Below, piece by piece: positions 1-8,719 of a stretch of DNA of 64,000 nt. A program made the position numbers and the translations under genes. The notes under the pieces were generated by a model that saw only the letters and a list, made by a program, of their open reading frames with translations, ran no database searches and was not told the origin of the DNA. This DNA comes from Gemmatimonadota bacterium (GTDB lineage Bacteria > Gemmatimonadota > Gemmatimonadetes > Gemmatimonadales > GWC2-71-9). Position 1 is the first letter of the stretch. Every line of letters begins with the position of its first letter. The stretch lies in assembly GCA_003169895.1 (NCBI GenBank), contig PNAE01000007.1, positions 1,135,222-1,199,221 on the forward strand, read 5' to 3'.

Positions 1-270
1 GGCGTGGGTCGCTTCAGTTCCAATCTGCCGGGACGTGCTGACGCCGGCGTTCCGTGCCAGACGGATCAACCGGACGCCATCGGGAAGGTTCTCCAGCGTG
101 CGCGCCTCACCGGCGGGGCTGGCGTCGTCTACCACGACGATCTCGTCCGGTGGCCGCGTCTGCGTCAGGACGGAGGCAAAGGCTTCAGGGAACCACCGAT
201 CCGCCCGATAAAACGGAATGACTACGGCGATGCGCCCGGCGGCTTCACGGCGAGGCGTGGCGTCACCCAC
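1..270 (-). CDS. Glycosyltransferase family 2, N-terminal part (3' end runs off the window)
   Basis: Reverse-strand translation reads ...GRIAVVIPFYRADRWFPEAFASVLTQTRPPDEIVVVDDASPAGEARTLENL..., a typical GT2 N-terminus. A GTG at 270-268 overlaps the stop of the upstream gene. Not in the supplied ORF track because there is no stop in the window. Confidence 0.6.
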   Translation of the reverse strand, partial: MGDATPRREAAGRIAVVIPFYRADRWFPEAFASVLTQTRPPDEIVVVDDASPAGEARTLENLPDGVRLIRLARNAGVSTSRQIGTEATHA

Positions 271-1867
271 CCTGGAGCAGTTCGGGAATTGGTTGTCCGC
301 TTCCGCCGGAGAATTCGCAGCCCAGCATTCTTGTGAGCGTTGGAGCAAAGTTGACCGTCGGGATGACGCGGTCGATCGTTCCCGGCCGGATGCCCGGACC
401 GCGCGCGAAGAGCAATCCCTGGAGGCGATGCGATCCCGTCCGGCCGGAGCCATTGGAGTGCTCGATCATCCCGGTACGCTCCGAGAAGCCTCGCCATACA
501 CCGCCGGCGCCGCTGCCGACTACGGTCGTACCGCGCGCGCGATCGGACTCCCATTCGACCAGCAGATCGGGAAGTTGGTCGAGGCGCGCCCCGGGATAGA
601 GGTCCGCGGTGCGCAGCACGCGCCGGACCAAGCGCCGCCCAGTTTCGGGATCGGTGAATTCGCCAAGCCCTTGGCGAAGTTCGTCGCAGAAGCGGTCGAC
701 TTCGTCGCCCGGTGTGAGGATGCCGGCGGGTTCCCGGCCCCGGACGTTCAACCTGATTCCGGAGAAACTGGACCCGGCGCCGAACCCCATCTGGAAGGCT
801 CGCGTCCCACTCGGCTCGATGTCGATCGGCTCGCCCCGGCGGAGCCAGTGCCGGTTGATCCGCTGTCGCAGTTCGTAGAAGGGGACTCTGATTGCGGGCG
901 GCACGCTGTGATACGCCGCCTTCAGCCGGCCCTTTAGTCCGCGGGATGGCCCCCTCCGGCCAGGTGCGGTGGCTGCGCGCGAGGCACGACGGAGCGCGCC
1001 AATTCCCTCGAGCATCTGCGGCAGGAGGAGACTCGCGCCACAGGTATGCTGCATTGCATGCAGGCAACCGACGATCACCGTTGTGTCGGGATCCACCGCC
1101 GAGAGGATCTCGCCGACGGCCGCGTCCGCCGCGATGTAGACCTCGCGCAGCAGATCGCCATTCCGGGCGAGGCTGACCGGATCGGCGCCGGGATAGCTGG
1201 TATCGTGATAGTGCCACAACAGGTGACCGGCACAGTGAAGCTCGGTGAAGACCTGAATGCCGAAATCCCACTTTCCGTCAGCCAGAAGGGCTTTGGTCAT
1301 GGCGCCGCGACTCGTGATGCCGCGGATCAACGTGTCGGCGAGTTCGCGGTATTCCTCGCTGGAGAGGCGGAGAGTCTCACAGGCAAGCGGCGCCGTATAC
1401 TCGCCCCAGGTCCGTTTGATCACTCGCTTAAGCCGGGCAGGTGTGGTTTGGAAGCCGAACAGCCCCTCGTGCGCACCCCATTCCGTGATCTGGAAGCCGT
1501 TCAGCCGCTTTGCTGGAGCCGCAAAAGGCACGTCGAGAATAGCCACGCGCCGGCCCGCCTCGCTCATGGCCAACCAGAAAGGATCGATGTGCGCGAAATC
1601 GTTGCCACGCATCCGTTGTTCGCGGAAGGTGCCGGGCATCACCCAATCGATCCAGGAGATGCCGTGTTCCCCCGGCGACTGGCCGCTGAAGAACGACGGC
1701 CACGTGGCGGCGACCTCAAGACCCTCGGGCCCCGCGACATCGAGGACCAGGGCGTCGCGCCTTAATCGGGCTAAGTTGGGCAACGTGCCGTCGGCGGTCC
1801 ATTGCCGCAGCAACTCCGGAGTGGCTGCATCAAGCGCCAGCATCAACACCTTGCGTGAAGCAGACAC
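263..1867 (-). CDS. Alkaline-phosphatase superfamily protein (type I phosphodiesterase / nucleotide pyrophosphatase-like)
   Basis: 534-aa ORF. N-terminus MLALDAATPELL...WPSFFSG and overall layout resemble the AlkP-core phosphodiesterase family. High GC3 frame. Confidence 0.6.
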   Translation of the reverse strand: MSASRKVLMLALDAATPELLRQWTADGTLPNLARLRRDALVLDVAGPEGLEVAATWPSFFSGQSPGEHGISWIDWVMPGTFREQRMRGNDFAHIDPFWLAMSEAGRRVAILDVPFAAPAKRLNGFQITEWGAHEGLFGFQTTPARLKRVIKRTWGEYTAPLACETLRLSSEEYRELADTLIRGITSRGAMTKALLADGKWDFGIQVFTELHCAGHLLWHYHDTSYPGADPVSLARNGDLLREVYIAADAAVGEILSAVDPDTTVIVGCLHAMQHTCGASLLLPQMLEGIGALRRASRAATAPGRRGPSRGLKGRLKAAYHSVPPAIRVPFYELRQRINRHWLRRGEPIDIEPSGTRAFQMGFGAGSSFSGIRLNVRGREPAGILTPGDEVDRFCDELRQGLGEFTDPETGRRLVRRVLRTADLYPGARLDQLPDLLVEWESDRARGTTVVGSGAGGVWRGFSERTGMIEHSNGSGRTGSHRLQGLLFARGPGIRPGTIDRVIPTVNFAPTLTRMLGCEFSGGSGQPIPELLQGG

Positions 1868-1972
1868 GCTGCGCTCCGCGTGATAGGGCTGTCAAATGGG
1901 TTCTATGATAAGACTGTTCGGTCCTTAGCGGGCTCGCAAGATCCGCGCCCCCAGACCCTATCCGAGCCCGCC

Positions 1973-3424
1973 ATGGAACTCGATGCCTTGACGGCTACCG
2001 ATGGCACCGCCCACTCGGCCGATCTGTGCATCGTGGGCGCGGGACCGGCTGGCCTCACGCTCGCCCACGCGCTGGCAGACGCCGGACTGCACATTATCGT
2101 GCTCGAGAGCGGCGCCGACGGAGATGCTGCGACGCGCGAACTCAACGTCGGGTGGAACATCGGGGATCCGATGGCGGACCTGCGCGAGTCAAGGGCGCGG
2201 AGCGTCGGCGGGACGTCAGTCCTCTGGGACACCGTGCGTGGTGGAGTGGCCGGCGCCAAGTATGTCCCTCTCGATGCAATCGACTTCACGAAACGGGACG
2301 AACTGCCGTGGAGCGGCTGGCCCATCACGCGCGCGTCGCTGGATCCGTGGTACCAGCGAGCCCAATCGTTGCTCGGACTGGGCCGGTTCGACGCGAGCGA
2401 CGTCACGTGGAGCGATCGTCAGCATCCCCTGCTTCCGTTCCGGCCCGACGGCCTCACCAGCACCGCGTATCAATGGGGTCCAGCGGACACGTTTCGCCGG
2501 CGTATCCCCGACGCGCTCCGGGCCAGCACCAGCGTCATGCTGATCAGGAACGCCACGGTCACGGAGTTGGTGGGCGGGGACGGCGCCAGCATCACCGAGG
2601 TACGATGGGCCGCATTCTCGGGTGTGCGCGGTACGGTGCGAGCCACGCGTTTCGTGCTGGCGGCGGGAGCGATCGAGAACGCGCGCCTGCTGCTGGCGTC
2701 GCGCATCCCGCGCGCCAATCCGGATGGCTGGCTGGGTCGCGGCTTGATGGAGCACCCGATCGACCGCTCGCTCCGCCTGGTGTCGCGCCACCCGGCGCTC
2801 TCTCCGCGCCCCGGATTCTACGCGCCGTTCGGCACCGGGCGCCGGGCGCACGTGATCGGACGCATCGGCTGCTCGGACGGGCTGCTGCGCGCGGATCGTC
2901 TCTGGAACGCATCACTCCGGTTATTTCCGATTCGCGAACGGCGTCTCGTGCGTACCGCGAAGCGCTTGGTCAGCCTGGTCGGCGGCGCGCCGGTCACGGG
3001 ATACCGGGTGCTTCTCGACCTCGAGCAGGCGCCGCACCGGGAGAACCGGGTCGTGCTCGCCGACCAGCGCGACGCTTTGGGGGTGCCCAGAGTCGTGTTG
3101 CACTGGCGATGGGGCGCCGAGGACGAGGCGAACCGGCAGCGCGTGCTGGCAGCCGTCGTTCGTGAGTTCAGCGTTTCCGGAGCGGGGCAAATGGCGGTCG
3201 TCCTGGGTCTGCCGGTGGATCCCGATGTCCATCATCACGCCGGCACGACACGCATGCATGACGATCCACAGGCAGGGGTGGTGAATCCCGACCTCCGCAT
3301 TCACGGGCTCGAGAACCTGTTTGTCATCGGCGCTTCGGTTTTTCCTACGGCGGGGGTCGCCAACCCGACGTTGACGATCGTGGCGTTGGGGCTGCGTTTG
3401 GCGGATTACCTGCGGCAGGCTTGA
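1973..3424 (+). CDS. GMC-family FAD-dependent oxidoreductase
   Basis: Dinucleotide-binding motif DLCIVGAGPAGLTLAHALADAGLHIIVLESG near the N-terminus. C-terminal HHAGTTRM...NLFVIGASVFPT is typical of the GMC C-domain. The track ORF starts at 1880 (GTG); ATG 1973 is preferred because it leaves a realistic divergent intergenic region. Confidence 0.8.
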   Translation: MELDALTATDGTAHSADLCIVGAGPAGLTLAHALADAGLHIIVLESGADGDAATRELNVGWNIGDPMADLRESRARSVGGTSVLWDTVRGGVAGAKYVPLDAIDFTKRDELPWSGWPITRASLDPWYQRAQSLLGLGRFDASDVTWSDRQHPLLPFRPDGLTSTAYQWGPADTFRRRIPDALRASTSVMLIRNATVTELVGGDGASITEVRWAAFSGVRGTVRATRFVLAAGAIENARLLLASRIPRANPDGWLGRGLMEHPIDRSLRLVSRHPALSPRPGFYAPFGTGRRAHVIGRIGCSDGLLRADRLWNASLRLFPIRERRLVRTAKRLVSLVGGAPVTGYRVLLDLEQAPHRENRVVLADQRDALGVPRVVLHWRWGAEDEANRQRVLAAVVREFSVSGAGQMAVVLGLPVDPDVHHHAGTTRMHDDPQAGVVNPDLRIHGLENLFVIGASVFPTAGVANPTLTIVALGLRLADYLRQA

Positions 3425-3454
3425 GTCATGGGGAAACTCCGTTACCCCGAGTCC

Positions 3455-3515
3455 CTCACTGCGCTCGGGGCAGGCTCCGCGAGCTTGTCACCCCGAACGG
3501 TAGCGAGGGCGGCAC
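3455..3515. repeat. Degenerate REP-like element (variant of the GTCAYCCTGAGCG family)
   Basis: ctcactgcgctcggggcagg ... cttgtcaccccgaacggtagcgagggcgg resembles the reverse and forward arms of the repeat seen at 9257, 11819, 15746, 19531 and 24263. Confidence 0.3.
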
Positions 3516-3809
3516 CCGGCCTCTCCTCAATGCGAGCGGTGGTTGAGGATCCAATCCCATCCGGTTTCGCCTGCGATTGTGGCGGTCTTGCCGCTTACAT
3601 TCCCAAGCCATACTGTAGCATTGTAGCCCCATGTTGCCTCGGGTCACCATTTTGGCAACCCCAAGGGGCGGGGACTCTGCGCAGTAAGGTATTGCAGGGG
3701 AATAACTTGAGAGCTTCCGGCCCGGTTCTGGTCGGCGGCATGCCGGGTGCACCTCGTCTCACCGTTGTCGTCTCCCCACTGACTTGGACGATGCCATGTT
3801 TCCCGGCCC

Positions 3810-4538
3810 TTGTCCCAGGGGTATGTCGTCTTTCCTGCGCAACCGGACTGCCGGAACCCGGCGACCGAGAGGCATGTGACCATAGCCAGGCTGCCCGCGC
3901 CATCGAGCTCACGACTGCTTCGCCTGTTGGCGGTGCTGTGCGTTGGTGCAACGCCTCAGTCACGTGCGGCCGCGCAGCAAGTTCCAGTGCGTGCAGCGAG
4001 TCATCCGGAGGCTGTCCTCCAGCCCGGCGACAAGGTGCAGTTGAAGATCTGGCGCGAGCCGGATCTGTCCGGTGAGTTCGTGGTGGCCGACGACGGGGTG
4101 GTGGTGTTCCCGAAGATCGGGCCCGTTGTCGTCGGTCGGTTGTCGGCTGATTCCCTCAGGGCGCTTCTCGTCGCTCAGTATTCCGTCAGCCTGCGCGATC
4201 CTGCAATCGAAGTTACGGTGCTGCGGCGCGTGAGTGTCGTTGGAGCAGTGCACAATCCCGGCTTCTACTATGCCGACCCGACGGTCACTATCAACGGTGC
4301 GGTGGCGCTCGCTGGGGGCGTGACACCTACCGGGAACCAGAAGCGCATTGATTTATTGCGCGGCGGCGTCCGAACGCAGATCAATCTCTCGCGTCCCATT
4401 CCCATCGCCGATTCGCCGCTACAATCGGGTGATCAGGTGAGCGTGCCGGAACGGAGCTGGTTGTCGCGCAACACGGCCCTGGTCGCCTCCGGGTTTACGG
4501 GGGTCGCATTGATCATCGCCGCGATCATCCGTCCATGA
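3810..4538 (+). CDS. Polysaccharide export protein (Wza / Poly_export + SLBB type)
   Basis: PGDKVQLKIWREPDLSGEFVVADDGVVVFPKIGPVVVGRLSADSL is the Poly_export signature. Signal-like LLRLLAVLCVGATPQSRAAAQ. The true start may be GTG at 3876. Confidence 0.8.
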   Translation: MSQGYVVFPAQPDCRNPATERHVTIARLPAPSSSRLLRLLAVLCVGATPQSRAAAQQVPVRAASHPEAVLQPGDKVQLKIWREPDLSGEFVVADDGVVVFPKIGPVVVGRLSADSLRALLVAQYSVSLRDPAIEVTVLRRVSVVGAVHNPGFYYADPTVTINGAVALAGGVTPTGNQKRIDLLRGGVRTQINLSRPIPIADSPLQSGDQVSVPERSWLSRNTALVASGFTGVALIIAAIIRP

Positions 4539-4551
4539 TGGACCGGCGAGC

Positions 4552-4899
4552 ATGATTCCCGCCCGCTACCCGCCGCAACTGGAAGATCCCGGTACCCGCC
4601 AGCTCACCGGCCAGCCGGAGCCGGGCATGCGCGACCTCGTCGCGGCCCTGCGCCGTCACTGGTTGCTCCTTGCCTTCAGCGTGTTGCTTTGTGTGGGGCT
4701 GGCCACGATGTACACGTTGCACGCGGTCCGGGTGTTCGAAGCGAGTGCCATGGTGCGCTTCGAGGCCGAGCGGCTCGACCTGCCGCAACTGGTGCAGTTG
4801 CCGTACACCGACAACCTCATCAGCACCGAGATGGAGGTACTTCAGGGACGGAGCGCGGCCTGTGATCCATCGCTCCAGGCGCCCGAAGCAGTGAACTGA
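4552..4899 (+). pseudogene. Truncated Wzz/GumC-type chain-length determinant (N-terminal about 100 aa only)
   Basis: Has TM1 (WLLLAFSVLLCVGLATMY) and the start of the Wzz periplasmic domain (FEASAMVRFEAE...ISTEMEVLQGRSAA). Similarity then stops and the frame terminates, exactly where the convergent Big_2 gene ends (4842). Confidence 0.55.
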
Positions 4900-5828
4900 C
4901 TCACACCGGCCAGCGTCAAAGTTACCGACTCGGGGCTCAAGGCGAGTTGGGTAAGCGTTGGGGCTGGCACTGAAATTGTCACGTCCGACGTGTCGGCCCG
5001 GCCATCGACCGTCGCAGTCGCGATCACCCGGGACGACTCGGCGGTCTGTCCCGCAGTGTATAGCCCGGCGGACGACACCGTGCCACCCGTGGCCGACCAG
5101 GTGACCATGGGCAGGGCGTTCGAGCCATTGCTCCATAGCGCGGCCAGCGCGAACTGGCGGGTCGTCCCGGCCATCAGCGACACCGAAGTGGGGTTAAGAA
5201 TGAGCACTTGCAACGTCGCGGGGATTACCCTCATCTGAAGCGACGCGGACGCCGCGTGCCCGGTAACCTGCGCGGAAATTTCGTATGTCCCGGGATCATC
5301 AGGCGCGGAAAAGACTCCGGCGGGGGAGATCGTTCCGCCGGTCGTACTCCAGGTCATGACTGGAGTCGTCATCACGCTGCCATCGGGGAGGACGGCGTGG
5401 GAAATCACCTGAACCGAGCCGCCCGCGCTCACGACCGAATCCTCCGGAGTCAGTTGGATCGTTGCAATCTCGACGGCGGATGAGTCCGATAGAGCTGGCT
5501 GGGCAACCGATACTCCCCGAATGGTGGCGGTGCCCCCGCCGTTCGCGTGGAACCATCCAGCCTCGGAGACCGAGCCACCGGTCGCGGACCATGTGGCAGC
5601 TACCGCCGTGCTGTCACCATTCCGCAGGTGCCCGTAGGCTACCACGGCAAGACTGTCGCCGACCAGCAGGCGCGCGGACCGCGGCACGACGGACACCCGA
5701 ACGATCTCCGTTCCAACGTCGGTCGTCCCGACCACCTGCGTCGCGGGCGAGCTGCACGATTGGATCCCGAGCACTGTGACGGCCGCGAGGCCGAGCAGCA
5801 CGGTAGACGTGCAAAAACGCTTCAACAC
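4842..5828 (-). CDS. Secreted or lipoprotein with bacterial Ig-like (Big_2-type) repeats
   Basis: Signal peptide MLKRFCTSTVLLGLAAVTVLGIQSC. Repeated about 80-aa units of the form ...VTWSATGGTVSSAGLYTAG.../...ATWSATGGSVSEAGWFHANG.../...MTWSTTGGTISPAGVFSAP... Confidence 0.7.
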   Translation of the reverse strand: MLKRFCTSTVLLGLAAVTVLGIQSCSSPATQVVGTTDVGTEIVRVSVVPRSARLLVGDSLAVVAYGHLRNGDSTAVAATWSATGGSVSEAGWFHANGGGTATIRGVSVAQPALSDSSAVEIATIQLTPEDSVVSAGGSVQVISHAVLPDGSVMTTPVMTWSTTGGTISPAGVFSAPDDPGTYEISAQVTGHAASASLQMRVIPATLQVLILNPTSVSLMAGTTRQFALAALWSNGSNALPMVTWSATGGTVSSAGLYTAGQTAESSRVIATATVDGRADTSDVTISVPAPTLTQLALSPESVTLTLAGVSQFTASGAWSDGSQAALRP

Positions 5829-6243
5829 TCCGGGGTCCGGCTTTCTGGCAGAGGTGTTGCCTGGGCGGTAAACGGCTCAGGTATCTGCCTAGCAAGTATC
5901 GGACCGATAGTGACAACAAATAATACTGCATTATGTCAGCCAGAAATACAGTTATAAAACTATGTAATACACAACGTTAGAAGTAATGTTGTGATACCAT
6001 GTGATTACTTGGCTGCTCTGTTATGATACAGTCGTTTTGTCCGCGTATTCGCGGTTATCATCGTATCTAGTCCGGATACGCTCCGGGAGGAGCCGATACA
6101 GGCCAGGGAAGTGTGTTAGCCGGGAAGTCAGGGGATGAGCGCGCCGGAGACGAGTCTTTGCCGGGAATGAGGGAGGCTTCGTCGGGCAAAGCGGCTTGGC
6201 GCCGCCCCTCCCGCCGCTTCAACACTCACTTCGTTGACCTCCG

Positions 6244-7359
6244 TCAGGCGCGTGCGAGCAGGCTATCGAGAATTCGCTCCGATGTGCGGCCGTCCCATAG
6301 TGGCGGGATACTTCCGAACCTGGCGTCGCCAGCAAGCACGCCGTCGATGTCCGCGGCCAGACTTTCCACGCTCGTCAGTTTGTTACTGCCGAGGGTCACG
6401 GTAACAGGGCGCTCCGTGTTGGGGCGGAGAGTAAGGCACGGCGTTCTGAAAAAAGTGCTCTCCTCCTGTAATCCCCCTGAATCCGTCAACACCAGCCGGG
6501 CGTTTTCCGCGAGCCAGAGTGAGTCGTGGTATCCGATCGGCTCGACGATCTTGAGGGAGACACTATCGTCGAACGCAACGCCGAACCGTCCGCACATCTT
6601 GCGGGTGCGAGGGTGCATCGGGAAAATCACTGGCAGGCGGTCGGAGAGTCGCTGCAGTTCGGCCATGATCGTCGTCAGCCTGCTCGCGTCATCCACGTTG
6701 GTGGGGCGGTGCAAGGTCACGTAGGCAAAGTCGCCGGCACGCACCCCGAGTCGGTGCGGCAGTGTGCTGGCGCGAGCCTGTTCCAGGTTAGCGACCAGTG
6801 CGTCGATCATCACATTCCCGACGAACTCGATCTTCGACTCGGGAATCCCCTCCCGTCTCAGGTTTTCGTTGGCGTCGGCCGAAGGAGTCAACAACAAGTC
6901 AGCCAACGCATCGGTTACCAAGCGGTTGACCTCCTCCGGCATCGTGCGGTCAAAACTCCGCAGACCTGCTTCCACATGCGCAATCCGGATTCCCATCTTG
7001 GCGCAGACCAGGCTGCAGGCCATGGTCGAGTTCACGTCGCCGACCACGACAACCCAGTCCGGCTTGTCCACCTCGCATAACGCCTCGAACTTCGTCATGA
7101 TGTCGGCGGTCTGGCGCGCGTGAGAGCCCGATCCCACGGCGAGGTTGACGTCGGGTGCCGGGATCCCGAGTTCGCTGAAAAAAACCGCGGACATCGCGTC
7201 GTCGTAGTGCTGACCCGTGTGGACGAGACGATACGCCAGCGCCGCGCCGGCGGGGCCGCTGCGACCCGTTCGAGTCCTGATGGTGCGGATGATCGGCGCG
7301 ACCTTCATGAAGTTCGGTCGGGCGCCAGCGACGAGGAGAAGCGTCAGAGGGGGCGTCAT
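6244..7359 (-). CDS. wecB: UDP-N-acetylglucosamine 2-epimerase (non-hydrolysing)
   Basis: LLLVAGARPNFMKVAPI, VHTGQHYD, HVEAGLRSFD and HPRT motifs across the full length. Confidence 0.9.
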   Translation of the reverse strand: MTPPLTLLLVAGARPNFMKVAPIIRTIRTRTGRSGPAGAALAYRLVHTGQHYDDAMSAVFFSELGIPAPDVNLAVGSGSHARQTADIMTKFEALCEVDKPDWVVVVGDVNSTMACSLVCAKMGIRIAHVEAGLRSFDRTMPEEVNRLVTDALADLLLTPSADANENLRREGIPESKIEFVGNVMIDALVANLEQARASTLPHRLGVRAGDFAYVTLHRPTNVDDASRLTTIMAELQRLSDRLPVIFPMHPRTRKMCGRFGVAFDDSVSLKIVEPIGYHDSLWLAENARLVLTDSGGLQEESTFFRTPCLTLRPNTERPVTVTLGSNKLTSVESLAADIDGVLAGDARFGSIPPLWDGRTSERILDSLLARA

Positions 7360-7500
7360 TTGAGAATTCTAGTCCAACGGGCCCGCTATCGGGTCCTCCC
7401 GAAACGCGGCCCCGCCGCGCGCGCGTTCGAACGCTCCCACGATCGACCGACAGATGACCGCCCCACGGACCCGCAGCCACCGTTTCGGTATGCCGCCCAC

Positions 7501-7530
7501 TTGCCCCCCATTCGCCGCCGAGACGATACT
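7501..7530 (+). promoter_or_regulatory. Promoter-like TTGCCC-N18-GATACT abutting the start codons of Uma2 copy 1
   Basis: TTGCCC 7501-7506, 18-nt spacer, GATACT 7525-7530, then ATGcccATG. The same architecture precedes all five copies and the mazE-like gene. Confidence 0.4.
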
Positions 7531-8082
7531 ATGCCCATGCCGCTCGCGAGCCACTACACCGCCGCCGCCGTGCGCGCGCTGCCCGACGACGGCAAGCGCT
7601 ACGAGACCGTCCACGGCGAGCTGCTGGTGACGCCGGCGCCGGGTGGACAACACCAGTTCATTCTCAACCGGCTGACCCTGGTCCTCAACCGGTATCTGGC
7701 GAGTCACGGCCTCGAAGAACTCCTCACCTCGCCCGCAGACATTTCGTTCGGTGAAGCCACGCTGGTGCAGCCCGATCTCTTCGTCGCTGACCTCACCCGG
7801 TTCAAGGAGACCTGGAACTGGGCCGACATCAGGACGCTATACCTGACCATCGAGATCGTGAGCCCGTCCAGCGCCAGGGCCGATCGCATCACCAAGCGCC
7901 GGCTCTATCAGGAACAGCGCATTCCAGCGTATTGGGTCGTGGACATCGACCAGCAGCACGTCGAAGTATGGGCGCCCGATGCGCGATTCCCGATCATCGA
8001 GCGTGAGCAGCTGACCTGGCGGCATCCGGCGCTCGACACGAGCTGCATGGTGGACCTGGTCAAGCTGTTCGGGCAGCATTGA
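7531..8082 (+). CDS. Uma2 family (DUF820) PD-(D/E)xK putative endonuclease, paralog 1 of 5
   Basis: ALPDDGKRYETVHGELLVTPAPGG, PDLFVAD, LTIEIVSPSS and TKRRLYQEQRIPAYWVVD match the Uma2 D...E.xS...K pattern. The track ORF (7120-) is over-extended upstream. Alternative start is the second ATG at 7537. Confidence 0.8.
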   Translation: MPMPLASHYTAAAVRALPDDGKRYETVHGELLVTPAPGGQHQFILNRLTLVLNRYLASHGLEELLTSPADISFGEATLVQPDLFVADLTRFKETWNWADIRTLYLTIEIVSPSSARADRITKRRLYQEQRIPAYWVVDIDQQHVEVWAPDARFPIIEREQLTWRHPALDTSCMVDLVKLFGQH

Positions 8083-8163
8083 CCCTTCGGCGCGCTCTTT
8101 CGTGCCGCGGCCGGCCGAGCGTACCTTGCATCGTATCGGCAGACCGCTGGTCGGAGACTGCCG

Positions 8164-8598
8164 ATGCCCGTGACCGCGAAACTTTCCCAGGCCTTCTACG
8201 ACCGTCTCGGCCACCAGGTGGCCGACGAGATGGTGGACTGGTTCAACCAGGTGGACGCTGCCAACCGTTCTGATCTGCGTGAGCTCAATGAGCTGAACTT
8301 CGCGCGCTTCGGCGCGACGCTCGAGCAGCGTGCGGCGGAGCTCTCCGCCAAGATGGAGCAGCGCTACGGCGACCTGTCGGCGAAGGTCGATCGATTTGCT
8401 GCGGAGCTGTCGGCGAAGATCGACCAGGTATCAGCGAACGTTGATCGGCAGATCGCTCAGCTGTCAGCGAGCGTGGATCGCCAGATCGCGGCTCTCGCGC
8501 TCACGGTCGAGCACCAGCAGGTGATCCAGATGCGGTGGATGATCGGGATGTGGGTGGTTGTGCTTGTCGCTGTGATGGGACTCTGGATCCGGCGCTAG
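8164..8598 (+). CDS. Tail-anchored coiled-coil membrane protein (DUF1640-like), copy 1
   Basis: GGAG 7 nt upstream of the ATG. Central 11-residue repeats (AAELSAKMEQR/YGDLSAKVDRF/AAELSAKIDQV/SANVDRQIAQL/SASVDRQIAAL). C-terminal TM RWMIGMWVVVLVAVMGLWIRR. Confidence 0.65.
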   Translation: MPVTAKLSQAFYDRLGHQVADEMVDWFNQVDAANRSDLRELNELNFARFGATLEQRAAELSAKMEQRYGDLSAKVDRFAAELSAKIDQVSANVDRQIAQLSASVDRQIAALALTVEHQQVIQMRWMIGMWVVVLVAVMGLWIRR

Positions 8599-8689
8599 TC
8601 CGGCGAGCGCGCGTTCGAATGATCCGCGCCCCAGCGAACTGATGATCCGGGCCGATCACGTGCGGCTACACTCGGCGCATGCGCCCCAC

Positions 8690-8719
8690 TTGCCCCCAAT
8701 TCGCCGCCGAGACGATACT
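8690..8719 (+). promoter_or_regulatory. Promoter-like TTGCCC-N18-GATACT, Uma2 copy 2
   Basis: TTGCCC 8690-8695, GATACT 8714-8719, then ATGtccATG. Confidence 0.4.

Noticed and set aside
222-1271. 349-aa minus-strand ORF overlapping the phosphodiesterase gene in another frame
   Set aside because: It has an extreme Arg/Pro/Gly composition. The 263-1867 frame has the conserved-looking sequence and the high GC3.
3496-3507. ops/JUMPstart-like AACGGTAGCGAG upstream of the wza operon (9 of 12 matches to GGCGGTAGCGTG)
   Set aside because: The match lies inside a degenerate copy of the REP-like arm (cttgtcaccccgaacggtagcgagggcgg). It is also upstream of the only promoter-like sequence, so it is better explained as repeat sequence.
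3640-3700. Faint resemblance to c-di-GMP-I riboswitch blocks (GGCAACC ... GGGGAC..GCGCAG) in the wza leader
   Set aside because: Too few conserved positions, and I could not draw the P1/P2 helices or the tetraloop-receptor by eye. This needs a covariance-model search before any claim.
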